Source: an uncultured bacterium (GTDB lineage: Bacteria; Patescibacteriota; Minisyncoccia; Phycocordibacterales; CAIRYW01). Taken from it: 64,000 nucleotides of DNA. The notes under the pieces were generated by a model. It did not search any database. It was not told the DNA's origin and saw only the letters and a list, made by a program, of their open reading frames with translations. Where the stretch lies: assembly GCA_903882905.1 (NCBI GenBank), contig CAIRYW010000004.1, forward strand, positions 49,117-113,116, written 5' to 3'. Within the stretch, counting starts at the first letter, position 1; each line of letters opens with the position of its first letter. This document shows positions 22,679-31,681 of the stretch, one piece after another. Position numbers and translations under genes: made by a program.

Positions 22679-22810
22679 CTACTGATCCTGCCATAATTCG
22701 TAGGCCTCGTCAGCGTCTAAACTGTGTTCATCAGCAAATTCTTGGAGTTCGTTTGCTTCGTCAAAACTTAGGTCGTTGTCTTTTGCAATTATGTATACGT
22801 CTTCGGACAT
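22679..22810 (-). CDS. small highly acidic protein (43 aa)
   Basis: Hand translation MSEDVYIIAKDNDLSFDEANELQEFADEHSLDADEAYELWQDQ; starts 6 bp after the DUF2075-S24 stop. Confidence 0.65.
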   Translation of the reverse strand: MSEDVYIIAKDNDLSFDEANELQEFADEHSLDADEAYELWQDQ

Positions 22811-22816
22811 AATATT

Positions 22817-25129
22817 TTATTCTAATCTTGTAATTACTTCTTGAACAATACCCTGAACAACATCGCCTTCATCTGGAACTATCGGTTTGTGATTTTTATT
22901 TGTACTTTTTGGTAATAATATTCTGAGACCGTCTTTTTTATCATAATATTTAATTGTTACATTTTCACCACCAAGTAAAGCGACAACCCTGTCGCCAGTT
23001 TCTCCTTTTTCTGCATAGCGACATAAAACAAGATCCTCGTCGTTTATTCCAGCTTCGTTCATAGAATCACCACTAGCACGCAAAACAAAATATTTTGTTC
23101 CCGGCTTAATTTTACTTTTATCAACCATTATCATTTCCTCTATATTGTTTTCTCCCAATAGAGGTTCTCCGCACGGAGCAGAACCAACTAGAGGAATACT
23201 TACCATTTCCATTGCATAAGGTGATATAACTTTTTCTTTTTTAATTGTCTCAGATTTAAGAACTTTATTTGTAATCCTTTCTTTAAAATATTTCTCAGTT
23301 TCCTTATCAACAAAATATACATAGCATCCTTTCATTCCGCGTGTCATTAGTGTTCTGTATGTATTTTTTATTATCTCAGAAGCTTTTTTGTTTGCTTCCT
23401 CAGAGTTTTCTTTGAGTTCTTTTTTGTATCCTTTTAGTGAGGCGTCAGTCCTGGCTCGTTTATCAGCGCTTGTCACAATTTTTCCATTTCGCACTACAAA
23501 ATCACTTCCAACAATAACTCCAATGTAATCAACCTCAAGCCCTTGGCAAGTGTGAATGCAACCAATCTCGTTTACTGATTTTGGTGAGATAATCCAAATA
23601 TTCCCATCACTAGCAAGATTCCATTTCATGCCAAAATTATATTCTGAAATGATAACGTCATTTAAATTTTTATCTTTTCTGCTCACCCAGTTCCAACAAT
23701 AACCTGCAACAAGTCGTGCTTTATTGTTTATTTTATTTTTATTAAATATTAAATCTCTCAAGTCATTAGGAGATTCAATAATTTTGAAATCATAATCTAT
23801 GCCGTCTAAAGTTGTATTAGCTGTATCCTCAATACCTAAAACATTATCTAACCACGATAAATATCCGTCAGAACCGTTGCAACGAAACTGTGACTCTAAC
23901 TTAAGATTTTGAATTTTTGCGCCAGTTTTGTTTGCCCACTTTTCAATTTCTTCTTTTTTTCCAATATCATGCCATGTCACTTTTTGATCTTCATCAATAA
24001 AAAATATCGAGCATTTTGCTGAATCAATAATTTCTTTAATTTGATTTTCGCCCAAATTCTTAAACATTCCTGATTTCTCATTGAGTCTATGTGCTTCATC
24101 TATAATAAGAGCATCAAAAATATTTTTTTCTTCTCCAACAAAAGAACCAGAACCAGTAAAAAAGTTTGTTATTTGTGACTTTTTGAATGAACCAGTAAGT
24201 TTAGCCTCAAATACACCACGCGGTGCAGCATTTTTTGTAACGTATTGTGTGTTAAGTCCAAGTTTTGTAATAGCTACTAAAAGATTAATCGCCACCACTG
24301 ATTTACCTGTACCAGGACCACCCTCCACAATTAACACATTTTTATTAATTTTCGAAGATTTTTTTGTAAGTGAAAGTGCTGTTTCGTATGCAATTTTTTG
24401 TTCATCAATCATGACAAATTCCTCGTTACCTTTTAGCATTGAAGAAAGACTATCAGCAAGGTTTTTTGATGGACGAATTTCTCCATTATCAATCCTATAT
24501 AATGTATTTTTTTTCTCTCCATGTTTTACGAATTTTGCAATAAAGTCTTGGAGTTTTTCTTTATCGCCTTTGCAAAATGCAGGTGCCTTTGCTAAATATT
24601 CAGAATAAAAAGGACTCAGAATAATATTACTATCAACATGATTATGTAAATATGCGCATGGTTCTAATCCAATATTTTCTTCATACACAGTTGCATTGAA
24701 ACCATAGAGTAGTGTGGAGTAAGACCATGCTTGATACGAAGGATGAGGTTCTTCGCTTGGTCCACTTTTAAAACGGGTCAGAACGATCCCGTCTTTATCT
24801 GTCTTTTGTATGTCAGTCCATTGCTTTAGTTCTATAATTATAACTTTTTCCTTTCCTTCTAAGTCTTCCCCAGTAACAATAAAATCAATACGGTTCTTCG
24901 CTCTAGGAATTGAGTACTCTATAGACACACCAGAATCATCGGGAATTTTATCCGTTTGCATGACTTTATACATTGCGTCCCCAAGAGAATTTTTCCAAGA
25001 GTTGTACTCACTACTTCCGACCTGAATATCAATATTAAGTTTTTCTTTCACTTTTACTCTTACAATATCCTCAATTCCATTTGAAGCATCTTTTAAAAAT
25101 CCAGTTTTTGTAGACTGGTAAACAATCAT
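22817..25129 (-). CDS. DUF2075 (Schlafen group 3-like) nuclease-helicase fused to a C-terminal S24 (LexA/UmuD) peptidase
   Basis: IDF...IIELKQW nuclease-like motif; GGPGTGKS; IDEAHRL; HTCQGLE; YRTLMTRG; then IPLVGSAPCG, GDSM, VTIKYY. Confidence 0.88.
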   Translation of the reverse strand: MIVYQSTKTGFLKDASNGIEDIVRVKVKEKLNIDIQVGSSEYNSWKNSLGDAMYKVMQTDKIPDDSGVSIEYSIPRAKNRIDFIVTGEDLEGKEKVIIIELKQWTDIQKTDKDGIVLTRFKSGPSEEPHPSYQAWSYSTLLYGFNATVYEENIGLEPCAYLHNHVDSNIILSPFYSEYLAKAPAFCKGDKEKLQDFIAKFVKHGEKKNTLYRIDNGEIRPSKNLADSLSSMLKGNEEFVMIDEQKIAYETALSLTKKSSKINKNVLIVEGGPGTGKSVVAINLLVAITKLGLNTQYVTKNAAPRGVFEAKLTGSFKKSQITNFFTGSGSFVGEEKNIFDALIIDEAHRLNEKSGMFKNLGENQIKEIIDSAKCSIFFIDEDQKVTWHDIGKKEEIEKWANKTGAKIQNLKLESQFRCNGSDGYLSWLDNVLGIEDTANTTLDGIDYDFKIIESPNDLRDLIFNKNKINNKARLVAGYCWNWVSRKDKNLNDVIISEYNFGMKWNLASDGNIWIISPKSVNEIGCIHTCQGLEVDYIGVIVGSDFVVRNGKIVTSADKRARTDASLKGYKKELKENSEEANKKASEIIKNTYRTLMTRGMKGCYVYFVDKETEKYFKERITNKVLKSETIKKEKVISPYAMEMVSIPLVGSAPCGEPLLGENNIEEMIMVDKSKIKPGTKYFVLRASGDSMNEAGINDEDLVLCRYAEKGETGDRVVALLGGENVTIKYYDKKDGLRILLPKSTNKNHKPIVPDEGDVVQGIVQEVITRLE

Positions 25130-25473
25130 AGTTCAGTATATTTTGTGTGTTTTCCCTTTGACTTTTTCACTGGGTATTTTTGCTCATTCCTTTTAATCTT
25201 TTTCTCTAACGCCTCGACTATATCAATATTCAAATCTTTACTCATTAACAAAACCCAATATAAGACATCAGCAAGTTCTTCGCCAATATCAGTCTTGTTA
25301 GTTTTAATATATTTCTCAATTTCTTTTGTATTTTTCCACTGAAAGTGCTCTAAAACTTCACTTGCTTCTAGAACAAGTGATAACGCAACGTCTTTAGGAT
25401 TATGGAATTGTTTCCAATCTCGAGCATCACGGAAAGCTAGTATTTTATCCGTAAGTTTTTTAATGTCTGACAT
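25126..25473 (-). CDS. MazG-like nucleotide pyrophosphohydrolase
   Basis: FRDARDWKQFHNPKD...EASEVLEHFQW...EELADV; likely start MSDIKK at 25473; ATGA overlap with the DUF2075 gene. Confidence 0.9.
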   Translation of the reverse strand: MSDIKKLTDKILAFRDARDWKQFHNPKDVALSLVLEASEVLEHFQWKNTKEIEKYIKTNKTDIGEELADVLYWVLLMSKDLNIDIVEALEKKIKRNEQKYPVKKSKGKHTKYTEL

Positions 25474-25615
25474 AAGTAATATAATAAACCTAATCGAACA
25501 AAAACCAAGCGGACGTTCGAAACTTACAGTTTCAGTACACCTTTTAAAAAATATTTTGAGATAAAAAAATACCTTCATGAGAAAGACCCAAAGGTCGGTC
25601 TCATGAAGGTCGCTT

Positions 25616-25894
25616 TCATGCTGTTGGAGTCGAGGGCTCGAGAACTTCCGGGGTCAACTTCTCCTTAAGCCGGTTAAAGATGGCCACAGCGTCTTTTTTT
25701 ATATCGTAAACCTGGAGAGGTTCGCCTGTTTGCATCACGAAGTTCACCTGAAGTGTATCCATGATAGGCATCACACGTTCAATCCACTGCTCATCGGTTT
25801 CCTCCCTCAAACTCTTGAGGAGAAGTGGTGTATGACCCATTTTTTTGCCATCCTTTATAAACTGGTCTGCAGCCCAATCGGTAAATGTTTGCAT
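25616..25894 (-). CDS. orphan hypothetical protein with its own promoter, RBS and terminator
   Basis: AAGGAGGTGA RBS, TTGACA-17-CATTAT upstream, downstream hairpin CCTTCATGAGA...TCTCATGAAGG. Confidence 0.65.
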   Translation of the reverse strand: MQTFTDWAADQFIKDGKKMGHTPLLLKSLREETDEQWIERVMPIMDTLQVNFVMQTGEPLQVYDIKKDAVAIFNRLKEKLTPEVLEPSTPTA

Positions 25895-26147
25895 TTATTG
25901 TCACCTCCTTTCAAGGTGCTGTTAATTGTTCAAATATCCGCCGTTCGCAATAATGTCAGAGAAATACTAGTCTGTCAAATTATGTTAACTTATAGACCTA
26001 CGGCAAGGACTCACCTTGACATTTGATTACAAACTAAAGACCTTGCGATTTTAGGAAAATAAGTTAAAATATCTGAACTTAGGTAGTTTTAGTGCAAATT
26101 TTGCTTCAAATTAACCTAATTTGATTTGTCGGGTCTAAATATAATTT

Positions 26148-26220
26148 GGGCCCATAGCTCATCTGGTAGAGCGCCTCATTTGCACTGAGGAGGTGAGCGG
26201 TTCGAGTCCGCTTGGGTCCA
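26148..26220 (+). tRNA. tRNA-Ala(TGC)
   Basis: Acceptor GGGCCCA/TGGGTCC with G3:U70, anticodon arm CCTCA-TTTGCAC-TGAGG, T loop GGTTCGAGTCC; CCA not encoded. Confidence 0.97.
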
Positions 26221-27709
26221 CAATAGTAGACTGAGACGCCGAAATGGCGTCTTTTGTCTTGAAAAGACAACACATTTCAGTGGTTCCAAAAAAATTATTC
26301 TGAAAGACTAAACCTGAGGGGAATTGGAACCATTGCAACTTAACTTTTACTCCGATTTTTGCTTTTCTCCATATTTCACTTGGGTTTTTAAGATATTTTT
26401 CAAGAAAATCTATAGCCTCCTCATAATTTGTTTCTGTGTTAGGCATAGAAGCAAGTGAAGCATTTGCCTCAAATAATTCGTTCTCAATCATAGCAAGTTG
26501 TTGTTTAAGGACATTGTCTGAAATAACTCCATCTAAATTTTTCTTGATAATCCCAGACTGCTTATTCGTGAGTTCACTTATATGTTTCTTTAATCTCTCG
26601 GCGTCTTTTCTTTGTTCAAATGTTGCCTTCACGAGATTTTCCTTTACCAATTCTTTTAGTCTTTTGAGTTTTACATCATCAAAGCAAAATTTATTTACGT
26701 AAGTCATAAAAACTTTTTCAAACTCATCACGGTTATGATTTGAGTTATTGCCACCAAAACGGTAAAAGGGATATTTTTGTTTACGCCCACTAGACCAACT
26801 TCCTGTAAGTTTTTTTCCGTTATCGTTTATAACAAACCTACGAAGAGGAAAATCTGGATGGTCTGTAATATGTTGTGAATTTTTTTTGGCTTTACCCTTA
26901 AGAACACGTTGGACTTGATAAAAAATATCTTCAGGAATGATGGGTTCAAATGTTCCTTTATGTCTTTCTCCAAATTTAACAATCCATCCTGTAAAGACTT
27001 CATTTGTTAATAACTTGTAAAAATATGCTTTGCAAAGTGGTTTACCTTTTCTATTACACAAGCCCCTTTTAATCATCATCCTTCTCACTTCTTCTGTTGG
27101 ATACGTGTTAGAAGCCATAAGAGAAAAAGTTTCTTTTATTATCGGAGCCATTATTTCGTTCGGTGCAATTGTTGACCTGCCACCAACTTTTACATTGTCG
27201 TAACCAACTGGAGCCATCCAAACATAACGACCATCCCGCATTGCGTCTTTCATTCCTCCTGCACATCTCTCTGAACGAATATCATTATCAAATTGTGCAA
27301 TGTTTGACATTGTATTCTCCATAAACCTACCTACAGGCGTATTTTCAAAATGTTCAGATGTAGATTTAATTTCTACTCCGTATCTCTTTAGTAAAAGTCG
27401 GAGTTGACTATAGTCATCTGTGTTTCTTGATAGACGGTCCAATTTATAAATTATAACTGCCTTAACTGCGTTTTTTTTATCTGCACAGTAAGTCAAAAGT
27501 TTCTGAAGCTCTGTGCGGTCCGTTGTCTTCGCACTCTCACCTTGTTCAATATAAATCTGTGTAATTTCGTATTCATTCTTTAAGGCGTAATCCTTACAGA
27601 TTTTTTCTTGTGTGCTTAAACTATTTCCTTCTTCAACCTGCTCCTTGCTTGATACTCGGCAGTAAGCCACCGCCTTCTTTTTTTGACTCGTGTAATTTAT
27701 TTCGTTCAT
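26159..27709 (-). CDS. large serine recombinase A; last 20 codons are antisense tRNA-Ala
   Basis: AYCRVSS, EQGESAK, YKLDRLSR, APVGY, recombinase domain and coiled coil; ends VDPSGLEPLTSSVQMRRSTR. Confidence 0.93.
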   Translation of the reverse strand: MNEINYTSQKKKAVAYCRVSSKEQVEEGNSLSTQEKICKDYALKNEYEITQIYIEQGESAKTTDRTELQKLLTYCADKKNAVKAVIIYKLDRLSRNTDDYSQLRLLLKRYGVEIKSTSEHFENTPVGRFMENTMSNIAQFDNDIRSERCAGGMKDAMRDGRYVWMAPVGYDNVKVGGRSTIAPNEIMAPIIKETFSLMASNTYPTEEVRRMMIKRGLCNRKGKPLCKAYFYKLLTNEVFTGWIVKFGERHKGTFEPIIPEDIFYQVQRVLKGKAKKNSQHITDHPDFPLRRFVINDNGKKLTGSWSSGRKQKYPFYRFGGNNSNHNRDEFEKVFMTYVNKFCFDDVKLKRLKELVKENLVKATFEQRKDAERLKKHISELTNKQSGIIKKNLDGVISDNVLKQQLAMIENELFEANASLASMPNTETNYEEAIDFLEKYLKNPSEIWRKAKIGVKVKLQWFQFPSGLVFQNNFFGTTEMCCLFKTKDAISASQSTIVDPSGLEPLTSSVQMRRSTR

Positions 27710-27908
27710 ATTCTTTTTGGTCCAAAAATGCCTCTACTAGAATACTTGCGAAGTAATCTAGAGCAACATCCTCTGGGACATTATTAGAGCTATTAAAACC
27801 AAAAGAGGGACAACGAAGGGACTCTTTGTTGCTACACATCAAGTCTCGTTGCCCCTCTTTGGGTACAAAATTATAAGCCCCTACTTTACTGATGTGTAGC
27901 CTACTCAT
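27633..27908 (-). CDS. small protein upstream of recombinase A (candidate directionality factor)
   Basis: ALDYFASILVEAF resembles DQLAEIFFAMW in the ORF upstream of recombinase B. Confidence 0.55.
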   Translation of the reverse strand: MSRLHISKVGAYNFVPKEGQRDLMCSNKESLRCPSFGFNSSNNVPEDVALDYFASILVEAFLDQKEYERNKLHESKKEGGGLLPSIKQGAG

Positions 27909-27912
27909 AATA

Positions 27913-29031
27913 TCATTTTCCCTTCATTTTTTGAAGGAGATTAGACAACTCTTTTTCACTAAATTGGTAGACAATTTCTCTACTTTTTCCTTCAAAATCT
28001 ATGTTTCTTATGATTTCAATTTGCCTTTCCTCCTCAATATGTCCATAGCCGTAAGAGCCAAAGGTTGTTCCAACATCTTCGTGACCTAAATTTTGGCTGA
28101 TAGCCTTTTTCTGTTCTTCCGTTAGGGGTAGTTTTGATATTGCTTTAATGAGTAAGTGCCTAAAAGTGTGTGGATGATAATATTTAACTCCAGCCTGTAC
28201 AAATCTTTTTTCAAATATTTTTCTAACTGAAGTTGGACTTTTCCAAAAAGTTGGTTCAACTTCCTGTGTGTTGTAGTAACCTAAATTTTCCTTACCACAC
28301 TCAACTTTGGTTTTAGGAAAAATAGGGTCATTCGGACCGAATTTCTTCTGTTCTAATAAATAATCAAACCACTTAATAAAATAGTCTAGCGGTTCTTTGT
28401 ATGAAAAAGGTATTAGAGTGGAGATTATTCTCTTTGAGAATTTCGTTTTTACACCTAATTTTGGGTCTTGGTCTACAGTTAGCTTTTCTCTATCAAAGCA
28501 TTTCATTGGAAGAGATGTGATTGCAGAAATTCTAGCTCCAGTTAAAAAGGTTAGAGAAATTAAAGCTTTATCCCTCATTTCAATTTCAGTATTACCACCG
28601 ATATTTTCAATTACTAGCCTTATTTCATCTAAGGTTGGCGATAATTTGCTTTTTGGTTGAGTTGCAATCTTAATTTCTTGCCTTGATAGATTTAAATAAT
28701 CAATATCTGTTTGATTGATTTTTGACTTGTATCCAGATTGTCTAGATAACCACTCAAAGAAAGTCTTTAAATGTCTTATAATGTCGTAACAATAGGATAT
28801 GCTGATATTTCCTTCAGTGTGAACTTTTTTCTTGCACTTAAGCCAATTTTTGAAATTCTCAGCTTTTATTTTAGTAAAACCCGCTAAGTCACCTTTATTA
28901 GTAAAATCCTCCCAAAGATATACTGCGTCTTCAAAGCATTCAATTGTTGTTTTAGAGAATCCTTTGGAGTTGGCTAAGTAGTCATAGAATTTTCTTTTTA
29001 CCACTTCATTTTTCTGGGTTATTGATGACAT
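27913..29031 (-). CDS. tyrosine recombinase
   Basis: TGARISAI, VKTKF, HTFRH, NLGHEDVGTTFGSYG catalytic set. Confidence 0.92.
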   Translation of the reverse strand: MSSITQKNEVVKRKFYDYLANSKGFSKTTIECFEDAVYLWEDFTNKGDLAGFTKIKAENFKNWLKCKKKVHTEGNISISYCYDIIRHLKTFFEWLSRQSGYKSKINQTDIDYLNLSRQEIKIATQPKSKLSPTLDEIRLVIENIGGNTEIEMRDKALISLTFLTGARISAITSLPMKCFDREKLTVDQDPKLGVKTKFSKRIISTLIPFSYKEPLDYFIKWFDYLLEQKKFGPNDPIFPKTKVECGKENLGYYNTQEVEPTFWKSPTSVRKIFEKRFVQAGVKYYHPHTFRHLLIKAISKLPLTEEQKKAISQNLGHEDVGTTFGSYGYGHIEEERQIEIIRNIDFEGKSREIVYQFSEKELSNLLQKMKGK

Positions 29032-29093
29032 ATTTTTTTAGTATTTATTATTGGTTTCTAATGGGACATTTAAGAGGTGTATCAAGTAATCAT

Positions 29094-29498
29094 TTAATCC
29101 TTTTGGCATATCTTTAAAAATCTGTTTATTTTTGTTCCACATTGCTCGCATAATCCTATTTTCTTTTGTTGCTCTATTTTATTTTTCCCTATCCTTTTTC
29201 CAGTTTTGACGATATTTTCACTACCGTTCAAGGCCTCAACAACCTTCTTGCATTTGAAGCAGTAAAATTGATTTTTAGCCAAAGGCTTTTTTTTAGCTGA
29301 CCGTTTTTGGTTGATAAATATTTTTAAATCTTCGCCCATAATCAATAGTGGACTGGAATCCTCATCAACTACTTTTAGGTTCTCCTTTTTAATCCATCTG
29401 GAACAAGTTTTTCTGTCAACGTTCAAAAGTGTTGCTATATCCTTGATTGAATAGCTACTCCTAGATTTAATTAAGTGGATGTTGTATTTATTGGCCAT
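29094..29498 (-). CDS. HTH (excisionase/MerR-like) plus zinc-ribbon DNA-binding protein
   Basis: YSIKDIATLLNVDRKTCSRWIK; CFKC...CEQC. Confidence 0.8.
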   Translation of the reverse strand: MANKYNIHLIKSRSSYSIKDIATLLNVDRKTCSRWIKKENLKVVDEDSSPLLIMGEDLKIFINQKRSAKKKPLAKNQFYCFKCKKVVEALNGSENIVKTGKRIGKNKIEQQKKIGLCEQCGTKINRFLKICQKD

Positions 29499-29499
29499 T

Positions 29500-29625
29500 A
29501 AGAAGCCTACTATTTACTTGGCAGGCTCTTGAACGCCGATATGGCACCAGCCAAGTAAGCAATAGGTTTACTCTTTGGCGTTCAAGATTTTGCCAAACAA
29601 AAAAAGGCCTACTATCAGCCTACGC
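29500..29625 (-). promoter_or_regulatory. structured leader or attenuator upstream of the HTH-tyrosine recombinase-serine recombinase operon
   Basis: Terminator-like TAGGCT..AGGCCTTTTTTT; TCTTGAACGCC with its complement GGCGTTCAAGA inside a long stem CCTATTGCTTACTTGGC/GCCAAGTAAATAGTAGG. Confidence 0.5.
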
Positions 29626-29666
29626 TTTTATAAAAATTCAAATACCTACATTAAAAAAATAGGTAT

Positions 29667-30746
29667 TTAAATGTCCCTAATATCTTTTGGTTTATTTTTT
29701 ACACTTATTGATTTAGCAAAGCGTGTCACGGATTTCTTTATAGCGTCAGCTGTCATTTCTATTCCGTAATCTTTTTTTAAAATTTTGGAAATTATTGTCT
29801 CTTTGTATATTCCCGCTAAAGAAAGATTTTCTTCTCCTTTGTACTGTTTTAATAAATCCTTTTTCGATAGTTTACTTAATTCATAAATCATCTGGTTTTT
29901 CTCTGTATCGCTTTCCTTAATTCTATTTGGATGAACATCAAATTGCTTATAAAAAGTATTCTTCATTGTAATGTGCTCTTTAAGGTCATCCCAGTTGTCT
30001 TCAATGTATTGGATGGTTTCTTCCTTCGTTGCGTAAGGTTTGATTATTAAAAAAACGCTGTCAAAGTGCAAAGAAAGACGGCGTACGAACTCTTTATTGA
30101 AAATATAATTTTCACCTCCCATTCCTTCGTCCTGACCTTCCATATCGTGTCTATCGGGAGAGAAGTGGTCAACGCCAATATACCTGCAATGGTGGCAAGT
30201 CACTTTGCTTTTAATATATTTATTGATACCGTACTCACCTAGAAATAAATATTTTTCCACAAAATGACCGATGATTTGTCCATCCAATAAATCAAGTCCC
30301 CAAAATTTTCTGATTAGTCTAATAGTTTCTGGAAATAGTTTCTTTGTGTATTTATTTTTGGGAAGCATTATATTTTTAGACAACATATGATTATGGTCTA
30401 AAAGTTGTTGTCCTAGCCAAAATACCATCTTTAAATCTTTCTCTTTTTTACCTTCCTTTTCGTAAGCTTGCATTACTTTTTCTCTACTCTCATCAGTAAT
30501 CGGAATGTTATTATTTATGTGATAGTTATCAGCAAACGCAAAAAAAATGAGAAGATATTTTTCTTTTTTACTCATCTTACTAACAAAGAAAAGTGCTAAA
30601 TCGGTTTCATTGTTAAAGCCAACTTCAGGCATACCAAGCGTTTTTCTGGTTTCTTTTACAGTATCAAGAAAACCCTCTTTAAAAAGTAATTTTTTATAAA
30701 GAGTTCTAAATTTTTTCTCAAAATCATCTGCAGAATATTTCTTCAT
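29667..30746 (-). CDS. element-associated putative regulator with C-terminal HTH-like region
   Basis: Homologous to 37727-38464 (RKTLGMPEVGF vs RKTFSIPEDGF; YKETIISKIL vs YKDLNISTIM). Confidence 0.7.
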   Translation of the reverse strand: MKKYSADDFEKKFRTLYKKLLFKEGFLDTVKETRKTLGMPEVGFNNETDLALFFVSKMSKKEKYLLIFFAFADNYHINNNIPITDESREKVMQAYEKEGKKEKDLKMVFWLGQQLLDHNHMLSKNIMLPKNKYTKKLFPETIRLIRKFWGLDLLDGQIIGHFVEKYLFLGEYGINKYIKSKVTCHHCRYIGVDHFSPDRHDMEGQDEGMGGENYIFNKEFVRRLSLHFDSVFLIIKPYATKEETIQYIEDNWDDLKEHITMKNTFYKQFDVHPNRIKESDTEKNQMIYELSKLSKKDLLKQYKGEENLSLAGIYKETIISKILKKDYGIEMTADAIKKSVTRFAKSISVKNKPKDIRDI

Positions 30747-30752
30747 ATCTTG

Positions 30753-31676
30753 TTACTTAGATATTCTCGCCTGTAGAAGAGCAATCAACTGCGCCATTAA
30801 AGAAGCTAGCTGTGCTCTTAGTGAAGTAATCAGAGCCTGTTTTTGAGCGTCAGTAATAGTTGTAGAGTTGTTTGACTGCGAATAAATAGAATTAATTTTG
30901 TTTATTGTTTGAGTATCAAGATTTCCAAGATTAGCAGTCAACCCTTGAGCTTTCTGAAACTTAATCAAAGCATTTTTTGTTTTTGTTCCAAAATAATTAC
31001 TTTCGTTACCAGAAGAACCAGAACCAGATGTTGAGACAGTATATCCTTGTGAATTTAAAAATCTTTGAAGGACAATTATCTCTGAATCTGTTACACCAAA
31101 AGCTAATGGGGTAATCAAAAGTGGAGTTGATGAACTTGTAAAAATAGAAGACGTAACTGGTCCTGAAGTAGCAGTCAAGATAGGAGTAACAATTGGGACT
31201 ATGCTACCTCCACCTCCGCCACCAGATGAAGACCCTCCACCAGAAGAACCGCCGCCCCCACCTCCTCCTGTACTTGGAGGAACAGCTACAGCTACAGGAA
31301 TACTGTAAGTAAAATTTAAATTATTTAATTGAGAAACCCCCTCCTGAAATCCAGCAACTGATATAGTCGTACTACCTAAACTTTCTTGTCCAGATAATAT
31401 TGATGGTGATTGGAAAGTAAATGTAATAGGTCCAACACCTTCACCAATATGAAGTTTTTGTGCAGTTGAAGAAGCATAACCATAATTACCAGAACTATCA
31501 GTAACAGACTGTCCTGCTAAAGTAGTTCCGTAATATGCACGAATTATAGTGCCTGTAGGAGCAGTATTACCATTTATGGTTGCAACACCGTAGAAAGCCA
31601 TTGGAAAACTTGGAATAGATTGAGCAAAAGAAAATAATGGTAAAACAAATAAAGCTGTTAGTAGTATCTTTTTCAT
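30753..31676 (-). CDS. secreted protein with Gly-rich linker and peptidoglycan-binding domain
   Basis: Signal peptide; LAFGVTDSEIIVLQRFLN...YFGTKTKNALIKFQ. Confidence 0.85.
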   Translation of the reverse strand: MKKILLTALFVLPLFSFAQSIPSFPMAFYGVATINGNTAPTGTIIRAYYGTTLAGQSVTDSSGNYGYASSTAQKLHIGEGVGPITFTFQSPSILSGQESLGSTTISVAGFQEGVSQLNNLNFTYSIPVAVAVPPSTGGGGGGGSSGGGSSSGGGGGGSIVPIVTPILTATSGPVTSSIFTSSSTPLLITPLAFGVTDSEIIVLQRFLNSQGYTVSTSGSGSSGNESNYFGTKTKNALIKFQKAQGLTANLGNLDTQTINKINSIYSQSNNSTTITDAQKQALITSLRAQLASLMAQLIALLQARISK

Positions 31677-31681
31677 AAGTT

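Noticed and set aside
25474-25578. Extended N-termini given by the ORF track for MazG (also uvrB 49701-49874 and recombinase B 37267-37320)
   Set aside because: The extensions run through intergenic sequence or neighbouring small ORFs; family-like sequence starts at the downstream start codon.
20543-26147. Fic/DUF2075/MazG block as part of the tRNA-integrated elements
   Set aside because: It lies on the 5' side of the tRNA, outside the core repeats, and I found no boundary repeat for it.
26159-26220. Recombinase/tRNA overlap as an ORF-calling artefact
   Set aside because: There is no earlier stop, and the same frame across the core recurs at two other junctions.
31205-31270. CCT/CCA/CCG triplet run as a functional DNA repeat
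   Set aside because: It encodes the poly-Gly/Ser linker of the peptidoglycan-binding protein.
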